Origin: Callorhinchus milii
Taxonomy: Eukaryota
DNA length: 64,000 nucleotides
Reading direction: 5' to 3'
NCBI RefSeq assembly: GCF_018977255.1
Contig: NW_024704742.1
Location: 72,604,001-72,668,000, forward strand
Shown here: positions 12,471 through 25,700 of the stretch, one piece after another
Numbering within the stretch: the first letter of the stretch is position 1
How the letters are laid out: every line of letters begins with the position of its first letter
Made by a program: the position numbers and the translations under genes
Notes under the pieces: generated by a model
Told to the model about the DNA's origin: nothing
Seen by the model: the letters and a program-made list of their open reading frames with translations, nothing else
Databases searched by the model: none

Positions 12471-14189
12471 TTAAGGGAACTCCAGATGTGTGTACCATCA
12501 CCTGAAATATGACAAGGAGACAGTTAAATGAAGAAGAGACATACAAATAACATTCAAGATATCCTAGAGGAAGAGTAGAAATAAAACTGAGGTAAAACGG
12601 AATCTCCTCTTCCCCATATTTAAGTATTTTAAGGTTAAATTAAATAACCCAATAAAGCTGATCTACTGCTCACACCAAAATCAGCTGGCAAAAGAGTTCC
12701 AGGATAGCAGTGGCTCCAACCCAAAGTCAAAGCTCTCTGCTGACTGACTCAGAGGATTTGGACTCCTGCCCACCTTCGCATCTCTTCAAGGTCGGTTTTG
12801 CACACTCCCTGTGGGTATGCTGAGCGTGTGTGGGTGCATTCAAGTCAGAGTCATACAACACTGCTCCCAAACAAAGTCGCGAATGAAACCTTTTGAAAAA
12901 TACCAAAATCAGAACTCCATTGATTCTCCTTTTCTGTTGTACATTTAGATAGTTGATAACTACAATATTTGACAAGCGTTTCCATCAAGCAAGTTGTTGA
13001 ACAGTAGTACAGAAATTGATACATATTCAGAAGGCCATGGATGCAAGTCCTACACTTAAGACTCAGAATCATCATCTAGGACAACATTCCAGTACATAGT
13101 ACTGAGAGAGATGTAAAAATCCATGTCCCATATCTCCATTTGTCCTCCAATTTGGCCAAAGGCATCTGATCACAAACTCTGGCACAGTTCCATGAATGAC
13201 TGCAGCTCACTCAAGTAATAATATTCACGTTCGAGTTTTGACAGTGAATATTGTCAGGCTGCTGAACATTGGGTCGTCACAGCAGAGCCCAAATCTGTTC
13301 TTGTCAAAAGTCTTAGTCCTTTCATGATCTTAGACTTTCGCCCACAAAATGTAGTCAATTCACTTTATAATATATTCTGTGAAGCGCTTTGAGATGTCTT
13401 AAAGACATAATAATGCGCTATATAAAAATGCAAGGATTATTATGAAGGATTATATAGATTTAATGCAATTATCATAACATTTAAGATTGTGCATGGTGCA
13501 TACTTCTGGAAAATTGTTAAATTTAGACTCAATTTAGATGCTGTTTTTCCAGCTTACTTTAGGAGCTGCAGAAAACTAACTTGCAAAATGAGACTGAATT
13601 AAAGTTTTTTTCCAAAATTCAGCAAGAACATTTATGGCCTTAGAGTTAAGACCATAAGAAATTTGGCGACTGAGATGCCTAAATGCATGTATCTGTAAAG
13701 CAATGTACTTTACCCCCTATCATAGGAGTAGCTTGGCCTCTGGGTTCTGCTTAGTGGACATAAACAGCCACCGGTACAACAATGTAACAAAACAATATGC
13801 ATTTATATAATGTCCTTCACGTGGGATAGCATCTTGGAGCACTGCACAGTGATGGGTTAGACCCCAAGCAACATTTCCTGTGCAGCAAAACTGAACCAAA
13901 AGGCTAAAAATGCTCCAGCAATTTATTAGAGCCAGGAAGAGACAAATGAGAAAGAAAGGATACAGAGCGTGAGACAGACACATAGAATGAGAGACTACAA
14001 GGGAGAAAGAGCAAAATAAAGTTATCCAGATTGAGAATATGAAAAAAGATAATTGACTCTTGAAGTTTTTAGTTAGCACTATAAACAATTTGTTTGAGGA
14101 CCAATGACCCAGAATGGTGCACGTCCCAATCAGTGCAGATCCAAATGCTCTCTACTGTAAGAGCAGTTAGCTGTCCCGGTCTATAATAA

Positions 14190-14870
14190 TAGTACTCTTG
14201 CATTTGATACAGCACTTTTCACATCAAGAGGGCATATCAACATCTTTCACAGGATTTACTGTAAAGTACAATGACTGTAATTTGGATGTTGTATCACCCT
14301 ACAAAATAAACACACAGCAATATCCCACAAATAGCCACAACGTAAATGAGTAATTGTATCTGGGGGTTTATTGTAATATATACATAAATAATAATATAAT
14401 AATATATTGGCCTGAACAATGGGCGATACTCCCTTCATTGTTTGAATTGTGCCGTGGGATCTTTAATGTCCACCTGGATGGACAGTTAAGTCCTCGGTTT
14501 AACATCCTCTCCAAATGGAGGTACCTCCAACTCTCTCCCATCACTGCATTTGAGTTGCAGGCTAGACTGCGAGTTCGAAGTCCTAAAATGGGGCACTCTT
14601 TGAACAGCTAAGGGAGTTTCTCCTGGCCAACAAATTCTCCAAATAAAATTGGTCACTCACTTCATGACTGTTTGTGGACCATTGCTGTGCGCAAACTGGC
14701 TGCTGCGCTTCGCCCACAAATACAGTCAATCCAGTTTACAGTACAGCCTGTGATTGCTTTGAGATGTCTCATCGATGTGGTAAGACTCTATATCAAATGC
14801 AAGAATTATTATAACTGAACCACTCCTTCTGATTCAGGCTCAGAATACCACCTCCTGTGCCAGGCTGACG
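14190..14870 (-). mobile_element. Old Deu-domain SINE (minus) with a plus-strand SINE 3' part nested at ~14605-14812
   Basis: Minus-strand Deu core (gtgccgtgggatctttaatgtccacctggatggacag). The head remnant resumes at ~14815-14870 after a plus-strand Deu 3' segment ending tatcaaatgcaagaattatta. Confidence 0.65.
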
Positions 14871-15879
14871 TGAAAGCTCCCTCATCTAAAGTCATCAAAA
14901 CAAAAATCACTCATCTCATTGCTGTTGTTAAGACATTGCCACTGCAATCTTGACTAAATAATTGTCACTGCAAGTCAAAAGTGACTCATGTTTGAAGCTC
15001 TTTGAGATGTTTTAATGCAATATGTGGTCATAACTGGCAACGTTATTAAAAATAAAGTAAAATCATTAAGTAACAGTTTATTTTATTGCAGTGTCCTTGT
15101 AAATACAGTAGGTCAGGCAACAGATTGAAAAGCACAGCACTTCCCACTAGTCTGTTTAATGCATAGCACCACCCTCAGTGTCCATCTGCTATAAGTACTT
15201 CCTTGGGCAACCTGCAAATTTTTATCCTTGGAAAGGGACATGGAACGGATATAGACCAACTCCGAATGCAATTCTCAAATATCATTTTCTCCAAAGGAAT
15301 TTTATTAAGAAAACATGAGAAAGCACAATACAGAAGCACTTAGAATGTGTATAAAATGATCCATTGGGTTCTGTAACACATAGCCTCTAGGTGGTTAGTG
15401 TGAGATTTTTCTTGGAAGAATTTTGTAATTCTCACGAGGTTTGGAAATAATATTTCATGAAAATGTATTTCATATCTCGATTTCCTCTAGGAATGTTTCT
15501 TTAATAAAACATACAAAAGAGCTTGCATCAAAAGCCAAAACACTGACTCTTCAACTCTCCAGCTACTGTATTTCTGCTCTGAGAGGAACCCTGCTTGTAT
15601 GATCGATAGGTAGCTGCTTGATCGTGAGAACCTACTATTGAAAACAGCTTCCCTATTAACACACAGTGCCAGATCTGACCCAGAGCTGACAGAGACCCTG
15701 CTTTACAGAAGATAATTTAGTGGGTATCAAAAACAATTTCATGAGAGAGAAAGAGAGAGAGCACAGAGCAAGAGGACAGAGACAGAGATAGAGAGAGCAA
15801 GCAAGCAAGAAAGAAAGCAAGAGGACAAGGTGGTGGGAGCTGCAATTTTCCTTGCATCAACATCACACAAAACAATCTC

Positions 15880-16100
15880 CAATTTTATCCTAGGGATTGT
15901 CAACCAGGATATTCCCCCTTGAGAGAAGCTCCCTTCTCTTTTCTAATAGTATCATGTTTAACATCCACCCACACATGTAGACAGGACCTTAGTTTAACAT
16001 CTCATCAAAAAAAAGGGCAACTCCAATAATATGGCGCTCCCCCAATACTGCTTTGAAATATTAGCTCAGACTGAGCCCAACTCACGATGTAGGACTTGAA
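15880..16100 (-). mobile_element. Old Deu-domain SINE fragment
   Basis: ctcccttctcttttctaatagtatcatg...tttaacatccacc...agtttaacatctcatc, the reverse complement of the Deu core. Confidence 0.65.
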
Positions 16101-16118
16101 TCAAAGGATAGTTATTAA

Positions 16119-16438
16119 GGAGTCCTGTAGCTCAGTGATTAGAGCACTCGCTTTGCAAGTGAAAGACCTGAGTTCAATTCCAGGCAGGGCGAAACCTTGG
16201 GCAAGTTTCCTTACTCCACACAGAGCCTAATAATAATCCCTCCAAAAAAACAAAACAATAATAAATTGGTAATTTTCAATCTACGACTGTTTGTGGGACA
16301 CTGCTGTGCGCAATTGGCTGCCGCGTTCGCCCACAAATATACAGTCAATTCACTTTACAGTATATTCTGTGAAGCGCTTTGGGACATCTAGAAGACGTGA
16401 AAAGCGCTATATCAAATGCAAGGATTATTATTATTATT
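16119..16438 (+). mobile_element. Young full-length tRNA-derived SINE, short form
   Basis: Same head and body as 4123-4443, with (ATT)n tail. ttattaaggag occurs at both ends (possible target-site duplication with microhomology to the head). Confidence 0.92.
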
Positions 16439-17019
16439 AGATTATTAAGGAGAGCTCAAAGTGAATTTCTATAATGGTTGAATCCCGAATGAGAGCTCAG
16501 CTTGGGGGATAGGGGAACACAGGCTACGGTCAACTGGCTGGTTTGTGCTGATGCAGAGAAGCAGGAAATCTGGTGAGGTCAGGAATTACGACGCACATTT
16601 CAGTCTGTGCCAAGGTAACCCTGGGTACAATGTCTGGAGGGGGAGGGAAGTACATAACTGTGCAATTATGTACTCCAGCGTTGGAAGTAGAAGTAGTCGT
16701 CATCTGCTTCACAAAGGTTTTTACATTTCTCTCTCACTGAGCAAGTGGTGACAGCCTGTAGTGATCTGGTGCCCAGTGCAACAGACAACTGCACTGGTGT
16801 CTTAACAGTGCATCTTTCATCACATTGATAATTACAGGAGACCTCAGCGAGAGAACATGCAGGAAGTGAAACAGATACACCGGTCATCACTGTTGTCTGA
16901 TGGAGACCACATGTCATGACATTTCAATTAGACACATGGAACATTAATCCAACAGCAAAACAGAAATAATTTAAAAGTACACAAACAGCATAGTACTTTT
17001 GTCTCACTTCCCAAGGGTT

Positions 17020-17367
17020 TACATCCTGTAGTATTGGTTAGCGTGCTCACAACCCAAACTGGAGGACCCGGATTCGATTTCCGGGTGGGGAGAAACCTTA
17101 GGCAAGTTTCCTTACTCCACACACCTCTGTTTACCTTGCAGCAAGTAGGAATCCAGTTGTTAGTCAATTGGCGGATCGCTTTCCAGGGGTAATAATCCCT
17201 CACCCACCAAAATCCACGACTGTTTGTGGGACAATGCTGGGCGCAATTGGCTGCCGCGTTTTGCCCACAAATACATAGTCAATCCACTTTACAATATAAT
17301 CTGTGAAGTGCTTTGAAACATCTCAACAGCATGATAAGGTGCTGTATCAAATGCAATAATTATTATT
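17020..17367 (+). mobile_element. tRNA-derived SINE, long form (diverged head)
   Basis: B-box-like ggattcgatttcc, then aaccttaggcaagtttccttactccacacacctctgtttacc...gttagtcaattggcggatcgctttcc, Deu-like 3' part and tail. Confidence 0.85.
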
Positions 17368-17729
17368 AACCCCATCCTTTGATGCCAGTCTTTTTCCTTT
17401 TCCCCCCCTCACACCTTTTCTTCCTCTGTCTCTTTCCCAGATGCATACCATGCCCACCCCATGAGCAAATGATTAAATAATGAATTAGGATTAACTCAAT
17501 TAATAAATAAAGCACAAATAATTAATTATTAAATAAGAATCAAATTTCATTCAGAGTGGATAACGGTCATGAGCCCTGCACTAATTAGGTGTGGCTGTGT
17601 GTTGTTCATCTTAACTTGCAAATTAATGGGTATAGAATGAGTAATGTTTGTCATAAAATACCCACAGGCACAGCAATTCAACGGAATATCGGAATCGAGC
17701 CTGCCCGAACACTGCTGATGACACTGCAG

Positions 17730-18090
17730 ACCGTCATCAGCCTGGCTCACTGGTCATGACTTGGGAGGGATGCACAATCGCTGGAGGCAGGGAATCCTCC
17801 CATTCAGCTCCTGCTAAAACTGCAAGCCAAAGCCCTAATGGGTAGACTGGATATACAGTGGGAAAGCTTGCCAGACAGTGATATCCATGGCAAACTATAC
17901 GGTTTTAGCTGGTTAACAATTTAAAGCCACCACCGATTCCATTCTTGGTTCCCTGGCAAGAAGCAATCGAGCACAACCCAGTGGAAATGCCCTTTCAAAT
18001 GTTCTTTCTGCATCTATCATCTCCTCTCCTAAGCGCTCTCCTCTTTCTCTTCCCTCCCTTTCCCCTGGAGTGAGGGATGCACTCTGCCCT
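17730..18090 (+). repeat. Old dispersed repeat (unclassified), copy 2 of 3
   Basis: cagcctggctcactgg...ggcagggaatcctcccattcagctcctg...ccaaagccctaa...ggttttagctggtta matches the reverse complement of ~3510-3700. Confidence 0.65.
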
Positions 18091-18565
18091 GCCTGTGGGT
18101 ATTTTATAACAACAAAATATTTATTCTGTCCCATTTGTGAATGAACCTCACAAAGAATCAGCGCAGGACTTGTAACCAATATCCATTCTGAATAGAATTA
18201 TTTCAGGTTTAAATATTTATGCTCCAAAAGGTAAACAAAATCACCTAAGAAAATGAGGATCTCTGTGAAGAAGTTGTTGAAATCAATTTCCTTTGTGCAG
18301 GCTCCTATCATAAAGCAATAACAGCCGTAGTAGTTCTCATTCCACAAATCAAGGTTTCCATGGCTTCAGACTCACTTTGTGCTGGAATTCGAGAGATGAC
18401 TGTTGCAAAGCTTTCTGCCTGGCTTTAAGCCAATATTCCTTCCTCATTCCAATGAAAATAAATGTTGGAATAATAATATTTACACTACTGTAAAAGGGAA
18501 GGGAGTTTCTGAGCCAGGCCGACACCTAATTCAGAATAGTTCGAAACATTCCGAAATAAAGATAC

Positions 18566-18920
18566 TAATAATCGTTGCATTTGATATAGCACCTTATCAT
18601 GTCTTCGAAACATCTCAAAGCACTGCACAGAATATACTGTAAAGTAAATTGACTATATATTTGATGGGTGAAACATGGCAGTCAATTGTGTACAGGAGTG
18701 TCCCACAAACAGACCAAATTATTATATATATTTTTGAAGGGATTATTACTCCTGGAAAAGTGATCCGCCAATCGACTAACAACTGGGTTCCTACTTATTG
18801 CTAGGTAAACAGGGGTGTGTGGCGTAAGGAAACTTGCCTAATGTTTCATGCTGCCCGGGAATCAAACCCAGATCCTCTGGCTTGTGAGGCGAGAGCTCTA
18901 ATCACTAAGCTACAGGAGTC
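18566..18920 (-). mobile_element. tRNA-derived SINE, long form
   Basis: Reverse complement has the tRNA head, central block (ccctgtttacctagcaataagtaggaacccagttgttagtcgattggcggatc) and tail. Confidence 0.88.
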
Positions 18921-19582
18921 TATAGGAAGATAAGAGTAGAAGGAAGAAAACAGATGAGAAATTGGATTGAGAACAAGTTTTTAGAAGATCCAACTTTTAG
19001 TTGAAACAATACAGCAATTTCAGTGGTAGAGTTAAATCAACTTAGATACCTAAAGTTTAATTACCTCATTAGCATTTTTCTGCAGTGTCTCTGTAGATCT
19101 GCTGGTAGACCAAGAATTAAATGAACCTTGCTTTCTCAACTCTCATTCTATCTGATCATAATGCCCTTCCTCCAATCAACTGAACATTTAACACTGGCTT
19201 TGTGAATCAGTAGAAGATGCCAGAAGGCAACATCAAGCTGTCTGACTGAATGCCAGCAAAGAACACCAGCAAAGACAGCTGCCTGAAATCTCCCGAAGCC
19301 ATACATGCTCGGAGGCCAGACAATTCTTAGCAAGACTGTAACTGTAAAAATATTCAATTTTAAAATTACATCTAGAAAGTTACTGCTTGAACATTTGAAG
19401 AGAGAACATTGGGGGAGCCTCATCCTGTAATATTCCTTCAATGTAACCTTTTTTTGAAATAGTTCATCTACTTTCTTCTTTCGCCCTAAACATTATATAT
19501 TTTTAAAAATCACTCGTCAAACTAATGCCAATTAATGTACTTTGCCTGAAACATAGTAATAATAAACCATAAATCTAATGCA

Positions 19583-20252
19583 GAAATATAAGAAACCAGG
19601 AGGAGGCCATTCAGACCACTGAGCCTGCCATCAGTTTATTCTGCCAATGCTTCAGTCTTTCACAAATACCGCTGAACAGCTTATCTATTCAATTATGTGT
19701 CCAACGCTCTTTTCAATATTCCTATTGATTCCTCTTCTACAGCTTTCTTGGGCAGAGCCTTTCACATTTTCACAACCCTTTTGTGACGATATAATAAATA
19801 ATAATAATAAACATTGCATTTCACATAGTGCTTTTCATGTCTTCTAGATGTCTCAAAGCGCTTCACAGAATATACTGTAAAGTGAATTGACTATATATAT
19901 TTGTGGGCGAAACGCGGCAGCCAATTGCCCACAGCAGTGTCCCACAAACAGTTGTGGATTGAAGTGACCAATTTATTATTGTATTGTTTTCTTGACGGAT
20001 TATTATCAGGCATGTGGAGAAAGGAAACTTGTCCAAGGTTTCGCCCTGTCAGAAATCAAACCCAGGTCTCTCGCTTGAGAGGTAAGTGCTCTAACCACTG
20101 AGCTACAGGACTCCACCGTATGCTTCCTGACCTCAGTTCTAACTGTCTTGGTTCTGACTTTAATGGATTACCTCTTGTACTAGATCCCTCTACCAGAAGG
20201 AAGAGTCGTTCACTATGTAACCTGTCAATTCCTTTCAGAATTTTAAATACCT
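19583..20252 (-). mobile_element. Old CR1-clade LINE 3' fragment interrupted by the SINE at 19794-20116
   Basis: 3' end signature ataagaaaccaggaggaggccattcag at ~19588. CR1-like sequence resumes at ~20125-20252 (cctgtcaattcctttcagaattttaaatacct). Confidence 0.55.
19794..20116 (-). mobile_element. Young tRNA-derived SINE, short form
   Basis: Plus strand ends ...ctctaaccactgagctacaggactccac (reverse complement of the head). (AAT)n tail at the left. Confidence 0.9.
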
Positions 20253-20264
20253 TTAATTATTTTA

Positions 20265-20766
20265 ACTGGAGAGGGTGCAAAGGAGATTCACAAGGATGAT
20301 CCCAGAACTGAGAGGCTATACCTATCAGGAAACGCTGAACATGCTTGGATTCTTTTCTCTTGAAAAGAGGAGGGTAAGGGGTGACCTGATAGAGGTGTTT
20401 AAAATTATGAAAGGTTTTGATAGGGTAGACATAGGGAAGATGTTTCCACTTGTGGGGAGACCAAAACCAGGGGCCATCAATATTAAATAGTCACAAATAG
20501 ATCAAATAGGGAAGTCAGAAGAAATTTATTTTGACAGAGAGTAGTGGGAATGTGGAACATGCTATCACAAGGAGTTGTTGAGGCAAATAGCACAGATGTA
20601 TTTAAGGGGAAGCTAGATAGGTACATGAGGGAGAAAAGAATAGAAGGTTATGCTTGCAGGCTTCGTTGAGAAAGGGCAGGAGGAGGCTCATGTGGAGCAT
20701 AAACACCGGCATAGACCAGTTGGGCCGAATGGCCTGTTTCTGTGCTGTATATTCTAATGTATTCTA
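20265..20766 (+). mobile_element. CR1-clade LINE 3' fragment (ORF2 C-terminus plus 3' UTR)
   Basis: VQRRFTRMIPELRGYTYQETLNMLGFFSLEKRRVRGDLIEVFKIMKGFDRVD is the typical CR1 ORF2 C-terminus. 3' end gggccgaatggcctgtttctgtgctgtatattctaatgtattcta. Confidence 0.92.
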
Positions 20767-20774
20767 AATAATAA

Positions 20775-21090
20775 ATAGCACTTATAATGGCAAAACACCT
20801 CAAAGCACTTTACAACAATGATTGTAAAACGGAGTGATTGTGTATTTTGAGGTATGCACAACAACAAATTTATGCACAGCAATGTCCCACAAACAGCCAA
20901 GAGGTGAATGACTAATTTTATTTGGGGGATTGTTGGCTAAGACACTGGGAAAAACTCCCTTCTCTTTTTGAATAGTACCACGGAATCTTTAACATCCACC
21001 TGAACAGGCAGATGGGATCTCAGTTTAATGACTCAACTAAAGAATGGCACCTCTGACAATGCTGCCTGAATGTCAGACTGGACTGTGAGG
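20775..21090 (-). mobile_element. Old Deu-domain SINE
   Basis: ctcccttctctttttgaatagtaccacggaatctttaacatccacctgaacaggcag (reverse complement of the Deu core). Confidence 0.75.
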
Positions 21091-21999
21091 CTAAAATCTA
21101 CTTGATAAGCATTAGCTTGTACTCCGAGGCCAAAGATAGGCCTGATAACCAGGCCCTGCTCCCCATTGCATTTTTACTTGTGCATGTGCCTATTCTTTCA
21201 CACACACACAAGTTTCATAAGAAAAATTAAATGGTAAAATTACACAGAATGATACAGCATGAAAACACGTCTTTCAACCCAAATAGCCCATGTTTACACT
21301 CAACATGAGCCTCCACAACTCCTATTCCACTCTCTCACCCCCTTTATTCACTTCTCCCTCACGTATGCATCCTAAATACAGTGGAAGCCGGTTCATACAT
21401 TGGAAGAAGTTGGGATGTCATCCTGACGTGAAAGGGGCTATACAAATGTAATTTGTTGTTAAGTCAGACACATTGGGCTGGCCGTTGTGTCCAGTTTAAG
21501 TGGAGTCCAATGTTAACCAAAGTTTCACTATATATTAATCACATTGGGATGGCATGACAGCAGGTGGAGATTTTGTGTGCGATGACATTCTTCCACGCAC
21601 ACAGGTCCCTACATTTTAACAAGTATTAATGTGCTTCACATGTTGGGATCCTGGATTAGAATTCTGGTCAACAGCAATTCTCAATTCGAGGCCAAAGAGA
21701 TGTGATCTGTCAACAAAGAGATCAGTAGACATTCCTTGTACAAGAACAGACTTCTGCCAACAAAAGTTTCAAATACTTTCAGCTGCTGTACAAAACATAG
21801 AGGATTATCTCCTCCCTTCAAACTGCACATCCAGTCACTAGGGATTCAACACACTTGAATAGAAGAATGGGATGGAAGAGCCTAGAACTGGGATCCTGAC
21901 ACTGATAAATACATTCAGCATCACACAAGAGTGAATGACAATGAATAAAAGAGAGAGAGACTTGGAGACACACAGAGAGAAAGAAGAAAACAGACAGAA

Positions 22000-22790
22000 A
22001 CAACAACAACCTGCACTTATACCCCGCCTTGCACGCGGGGTAGCATCTCAGAACGCTTAACAGTGGCAGAGCCTGACTCCGAGCCGGGGGAGGGCGGATG
22101 TGGCTGTAAGCACAGTTGAAGAGGAAGGTTTTCAGGCGGGACTTGAAAAAGGGAGAGAGGGGGCAAGCGGTGGGATTGAGGGAGAGTGTTCCAGAATTCC
22201 GGGTGTAGTGGCTGAAAGCATGACCTCTGATGGTGGGACCATTTCCCCCCTGCTCGGGTCCCGACCCAACTGTCCAGCGCCTTGGGACGTCCTCCCGACG
22301 TGAAAAGCGCTCTATAAATGTAATCTTGATGTTGTTGTTGTACGAGGCACGAGCAGGAGGCTGGTGCCAGTCGAGCGGAGGCGCCGAGTGGTGGATTGGG
22401 GAGTGAGGAGGTGGGAGAGGTACGGAGGTGCCAGAGGTGGAAGTGATTTGAACACAAGTGTGAGGATTCTGAAGTCAATCCATTCGATGATTGGGAGCCA
22501 GTGGAGCCTGGCCAGAACTGGTGAGATGTGGGTACGGAGGTCAGTATGCAGGCAGCAGAGTTCTGAGTGAGCTGGATGTTTTGAATAGTGGAGCTGGGGA
22601 GACTGTTGAGGAGTGTATTGGAGTAATCCAGGCAGGAGGTGACAAATGCATGCCCGGGGGGGTTCAACTGCATTTGGGATAAGGTATGGTCAGAGGTGGG
22701 CAATGTGGTGGAGGTGGAAGAAGGCGGTCCTGGTAAGGGACTGGATGTGGGGAGGAAGGAGCTGGGGGTCAAACCGGACACCTGGAACAA
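22000..22790 (-). mobile_element. L2 LINE 3' fragment with a younger plus-strand L2 3' end nested at 22237-22341
   Basis: Translations GVRFDPQLLPPHIQSLTRTAFFHLHHIA and HAFVTSCLDYSNTLLNSLP...QNSAACIL; (AAC)n tail at ~22000. The nested piece ends gggacgtcctcccgacgtgaaaagcgctctataaatgtaatcttgatgttgttgttg. Confidence 0.88.
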
Positions 22791-23540
22791 GATCAGTAAG
22801 AAAGAAAAAGCAAGATCCAGGGAGAGAAAAACACACACAGACATACACAGAGAGCCGGAGCCAGGGAGAGAGAAAGACAGAGCGAGCAAGAGAAAGAGAG
22901 AGCACGCGAGACACCACATAAAAGGGAGACCGGCCAAAAGATAAAGCAAAGGAATTTTTAAAATTCTTAGTAATTATTTTTCTAAGAAGTTAGCTCTCTT
23001 TTGGCAGACAACGGAGGTGTGGGATTTCTGGAAAAACAAAAGAGGGATCCCTGCGGCATTTGTGAGCTCAGAAATAAATGCTTTCAAGTACATGTTGTAT
23101 CGAGTTCTCCAGTTCATTTACATTATGTAAATTAAAGGGGGAAAAAAAGGATAAAGAATGAGGAAAGACCATGTGTGGCACCAAGCCCACTGTCTCCTCA
23201 CATGAGGCACATCAGTCCCAACACAGACTCCCCCCAATTTAATTGTCTCAAAGAAACAGTTATACATCAAACTTCAAAAGAGGAAACCTCTGGCAAATGT
23301 ATGCTCAACCCACTCAAGTAAACCAGCAAATCTCTGGCCTCTGAGTAAGGGTTTATTGGTGTCCAAACCGGGATGTTCGATGGTGTGTGTTTTTTTTAAA
23401 CATGGAGTGATTGCTGAATGGAGGTTGTTGTTTCAACAGATTTGACTTTATTATTTCGCCAGCTGTGGTTTTACAGATAATTCATGCACTGTGCCAGCAG
23501 CAAAAGAGCTGGGATGTTGTGCAACGTCAATGGTGTAGGT

Positions 23541-23838
23541 CTGGGAAGTCCAACCTTTTGGCTCCTGAGGGCCAGGTGCCGGATTTCAGAAATGTCCACA
23601 GGCCACATAAGCAATATTTTTGTGTTTTCCATTCCAGAGATGTAATCCGTAAGAATCGTATAGAAATCCTATATTTTAAATTGTGTAACTATTATTAATT
23701 TCACGATATTTTAGTTACAATGCAAACCTTAAATAGGCAATGTAAAAACTTCAAAACAATATTACACTTATTGCATCTGGCCTGCGAGCCATCCCCTGGG
23801 CCGAATGCGGCCCGTGGGCTGCGAGTTGGACCATCCTG
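23541..23838 (+). mobile_element. Non-autonomous hAT (Charlie/MER30-like) DNA transposon
   Basis: Left end ctgggaagtccaaccttttggctcc...gggcca; right end gcggcccgtgggctgcgagttggaccatcctg (degenerate TIRs). 8-bp flanks gtgtaggt / gtcgagat match at 5 of 8 and resemble the NTCTAGAN Charlie target. Confidence 0.7.
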
Positions 23839-23949
23839 GTCGAGATCATAACTTTCAGTGCTGTTCTTAAATGACCACAATTTTGACTGCATTTGCTGTT
23901 CCTTCTTGCCATTCATTTCCTATATCCACTTGAGGGGGGTGGGGGGAGA

Positions 23950-24360
23950 TAATAATAATCCTTGCATTTGAATCCTAGCAACTTTCACATCGGGAGGATG
24001 TTTCAAAGCGCATCACAGGATACACTGTGAAGTGGATTGAATTGTATTTTGTCGGCACCATGGCAGCCAATTTGCACAGTGTAAAATCATAATTATAGCC
24101 AATGAAGTGAATGACCAATTTTATCTGGGGGTTTGCTGAGAAACAAACAAGAGAGAGAGAGAGGTGAAGCTCCCTTCTCTTTTTGAATGTGCCATGGGAT
24201 CTTTAATGTCCATCTGAACAGGCAGACGGGACCTCGGTTTAATATCTCATCCAAAAGATAGCACTTCCAACAATGCAGCCCCCAGCAATATGTTGGAGTA
24301 TCATCCTAAACCAAGCTCAGAGTCCTGGTGTGGAGCTTAAATCCACAATTTTCTTGCTCA
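23950..24360 (-). mobile_element. Old Deu-domain SINE, near full length
   Basis: Tail aataataatccttgcatttg and core gccatgggatctttaatgtccatctgaacaggcagacgggacctcggtttaatatctcatcc. Confidence 0.8.
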
Positions 24361-24881
24361 AAAATGAGAAGAAAATTTATTGTTCTCTCATCCCCTGGCA
24401 CTTGCTAATTTTGTACTTTTGCTATTAGTTTGCCTCCCACAATCCACATTAATAGGCTGCTACATCTATACTGAAATCCTACGAGACTTAGGTAAAAAGA
24501 TTTGGAATGCATCCCACCTCAATCCTCGCCAATGAAAACATTTAGCTCCAACAGTCTTTCCTCAATTTTTAACCCTTTTATATCAGGCATCCTGCTGCAC
24601 TATGCACTATATAAACCAATGCTGACATTGCCAAATAATGAAGCTGGATGCAGAGGGTGACTTAACTTCTGGCTAGGTTTTCTTTAAAAATCGATTGGCT
24701 TTATTGTTATTTAGGAATCGATAATTGGTATAACTGAAAAGTTCCCATACTATATATGTAGAATGAACATCTAATGGTGCTGGTTATTTAGTTACTGGCT
24801 CAACAGCACCTGAAAGTGATACCACTGGCAAACTCTCATTGTAAAAAAAGGCATCAGAACTCCCAAGTTTTTGGTGTCACC

Positions 24882-25417
24882 ATTGCAGATCATCCAAAAC
24901 TCTGCAGCTCGTGTCCTCTCACGTACCAGGCTCCGTAACCCCATCACTCCCACCCTCGTCCGACTCCACTGGCTCCCCATCTCACAGAGGATCGAGTTCA
25001 AGATCCTCTTCCTCACCTTTAAGACCATCCATGGCCTTGCCCCCTCCTACCTCTCTGACCTGCTGACTCCCTACGAGCCTGCCCGCTCCCTCTGTTCATC
25101 AGGTTCTGGCCTGCTGCATGTCTCCCGCCCGACCCACCCGACCATCGGTGGCCGGGCTTTCAGCCTCTTTGCCCCACACCCTGGAACTCCTTCCCACGGT
25201 CCCTTCGCCTCACTTCCTCCTTTACCTCCTTCAAGGTCAGTCTCAAGACCTTTCTCTTCGACCGTGCCTTTGGTCTCCCTCCCACATCTCTGCCTTCCCT
25301 CACCCTACACTACCCCTCCCCCATGCTCGGGCCCCGACACCTGACTGTCCAGCGCCTTGGGACGTCCTCCCAACGTGAAAGGCGCTCTATAAATGTAATT
25401 TTGTTGTTGTTGTTGTT
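24882..25417 (+). mobile_element. L2 LINE 3' fragment (ORF2 C-terminus, 3' UTR, (TTG)n tail)
   Basis: LQIIQNSAARVLSRTRLRNPITPTLVRLHWLPISQRIEFKILFLTFKTIHGLAPSYLSDLL, then the stem-loop tail and ttgttgttg. Confidence 0.93.
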
Positions 25418-25700
25418 AACAACAACTCGCATTTATATAGCACCCTTCACATGAGCAGTGTTACGGAATGCTTAACAGCGATATAACTTGATGCCGAGCC
25501 AGAAAGGGGAGGGCAGGTGGCGAGAGGCACAGTCAAAGAGGAAAGTCTTCAGGTGTGATTTGAAGACAGGCAGAGAGAGGGCCAAGATAGAGTGATTGAG
25601 ACAGAGAATTCCAGAGATTTGGGGCATAGCAGCTGAAAGCACGGCAGCCATTTTTGGAGTAGAGAGGACGAGGGATGTGCAGCAGATACATGCCAGCTGA
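25418..25700 (-). mobile_element. Older L2 LINE 3' fragment, tail-to-tail with the previous copy
   Basis: aacaacaactcgcatttatatagcacc; translations GCRAFSCYAPNLWNSL and FKSHLKTFLF. Confidence 0.85.

Noticed and set aside
15745..15830. GA-rich simple repeats (also ~21950, 22800-22950, 27180-27300)
   Set aside because: Ordinary low-complexity microsatellite-like tracts.
22017..22949. 310-aa ORF
   Set aside because: Read-through across a GA-rich tract and two L2 fragments in mixed frames; not a gene.
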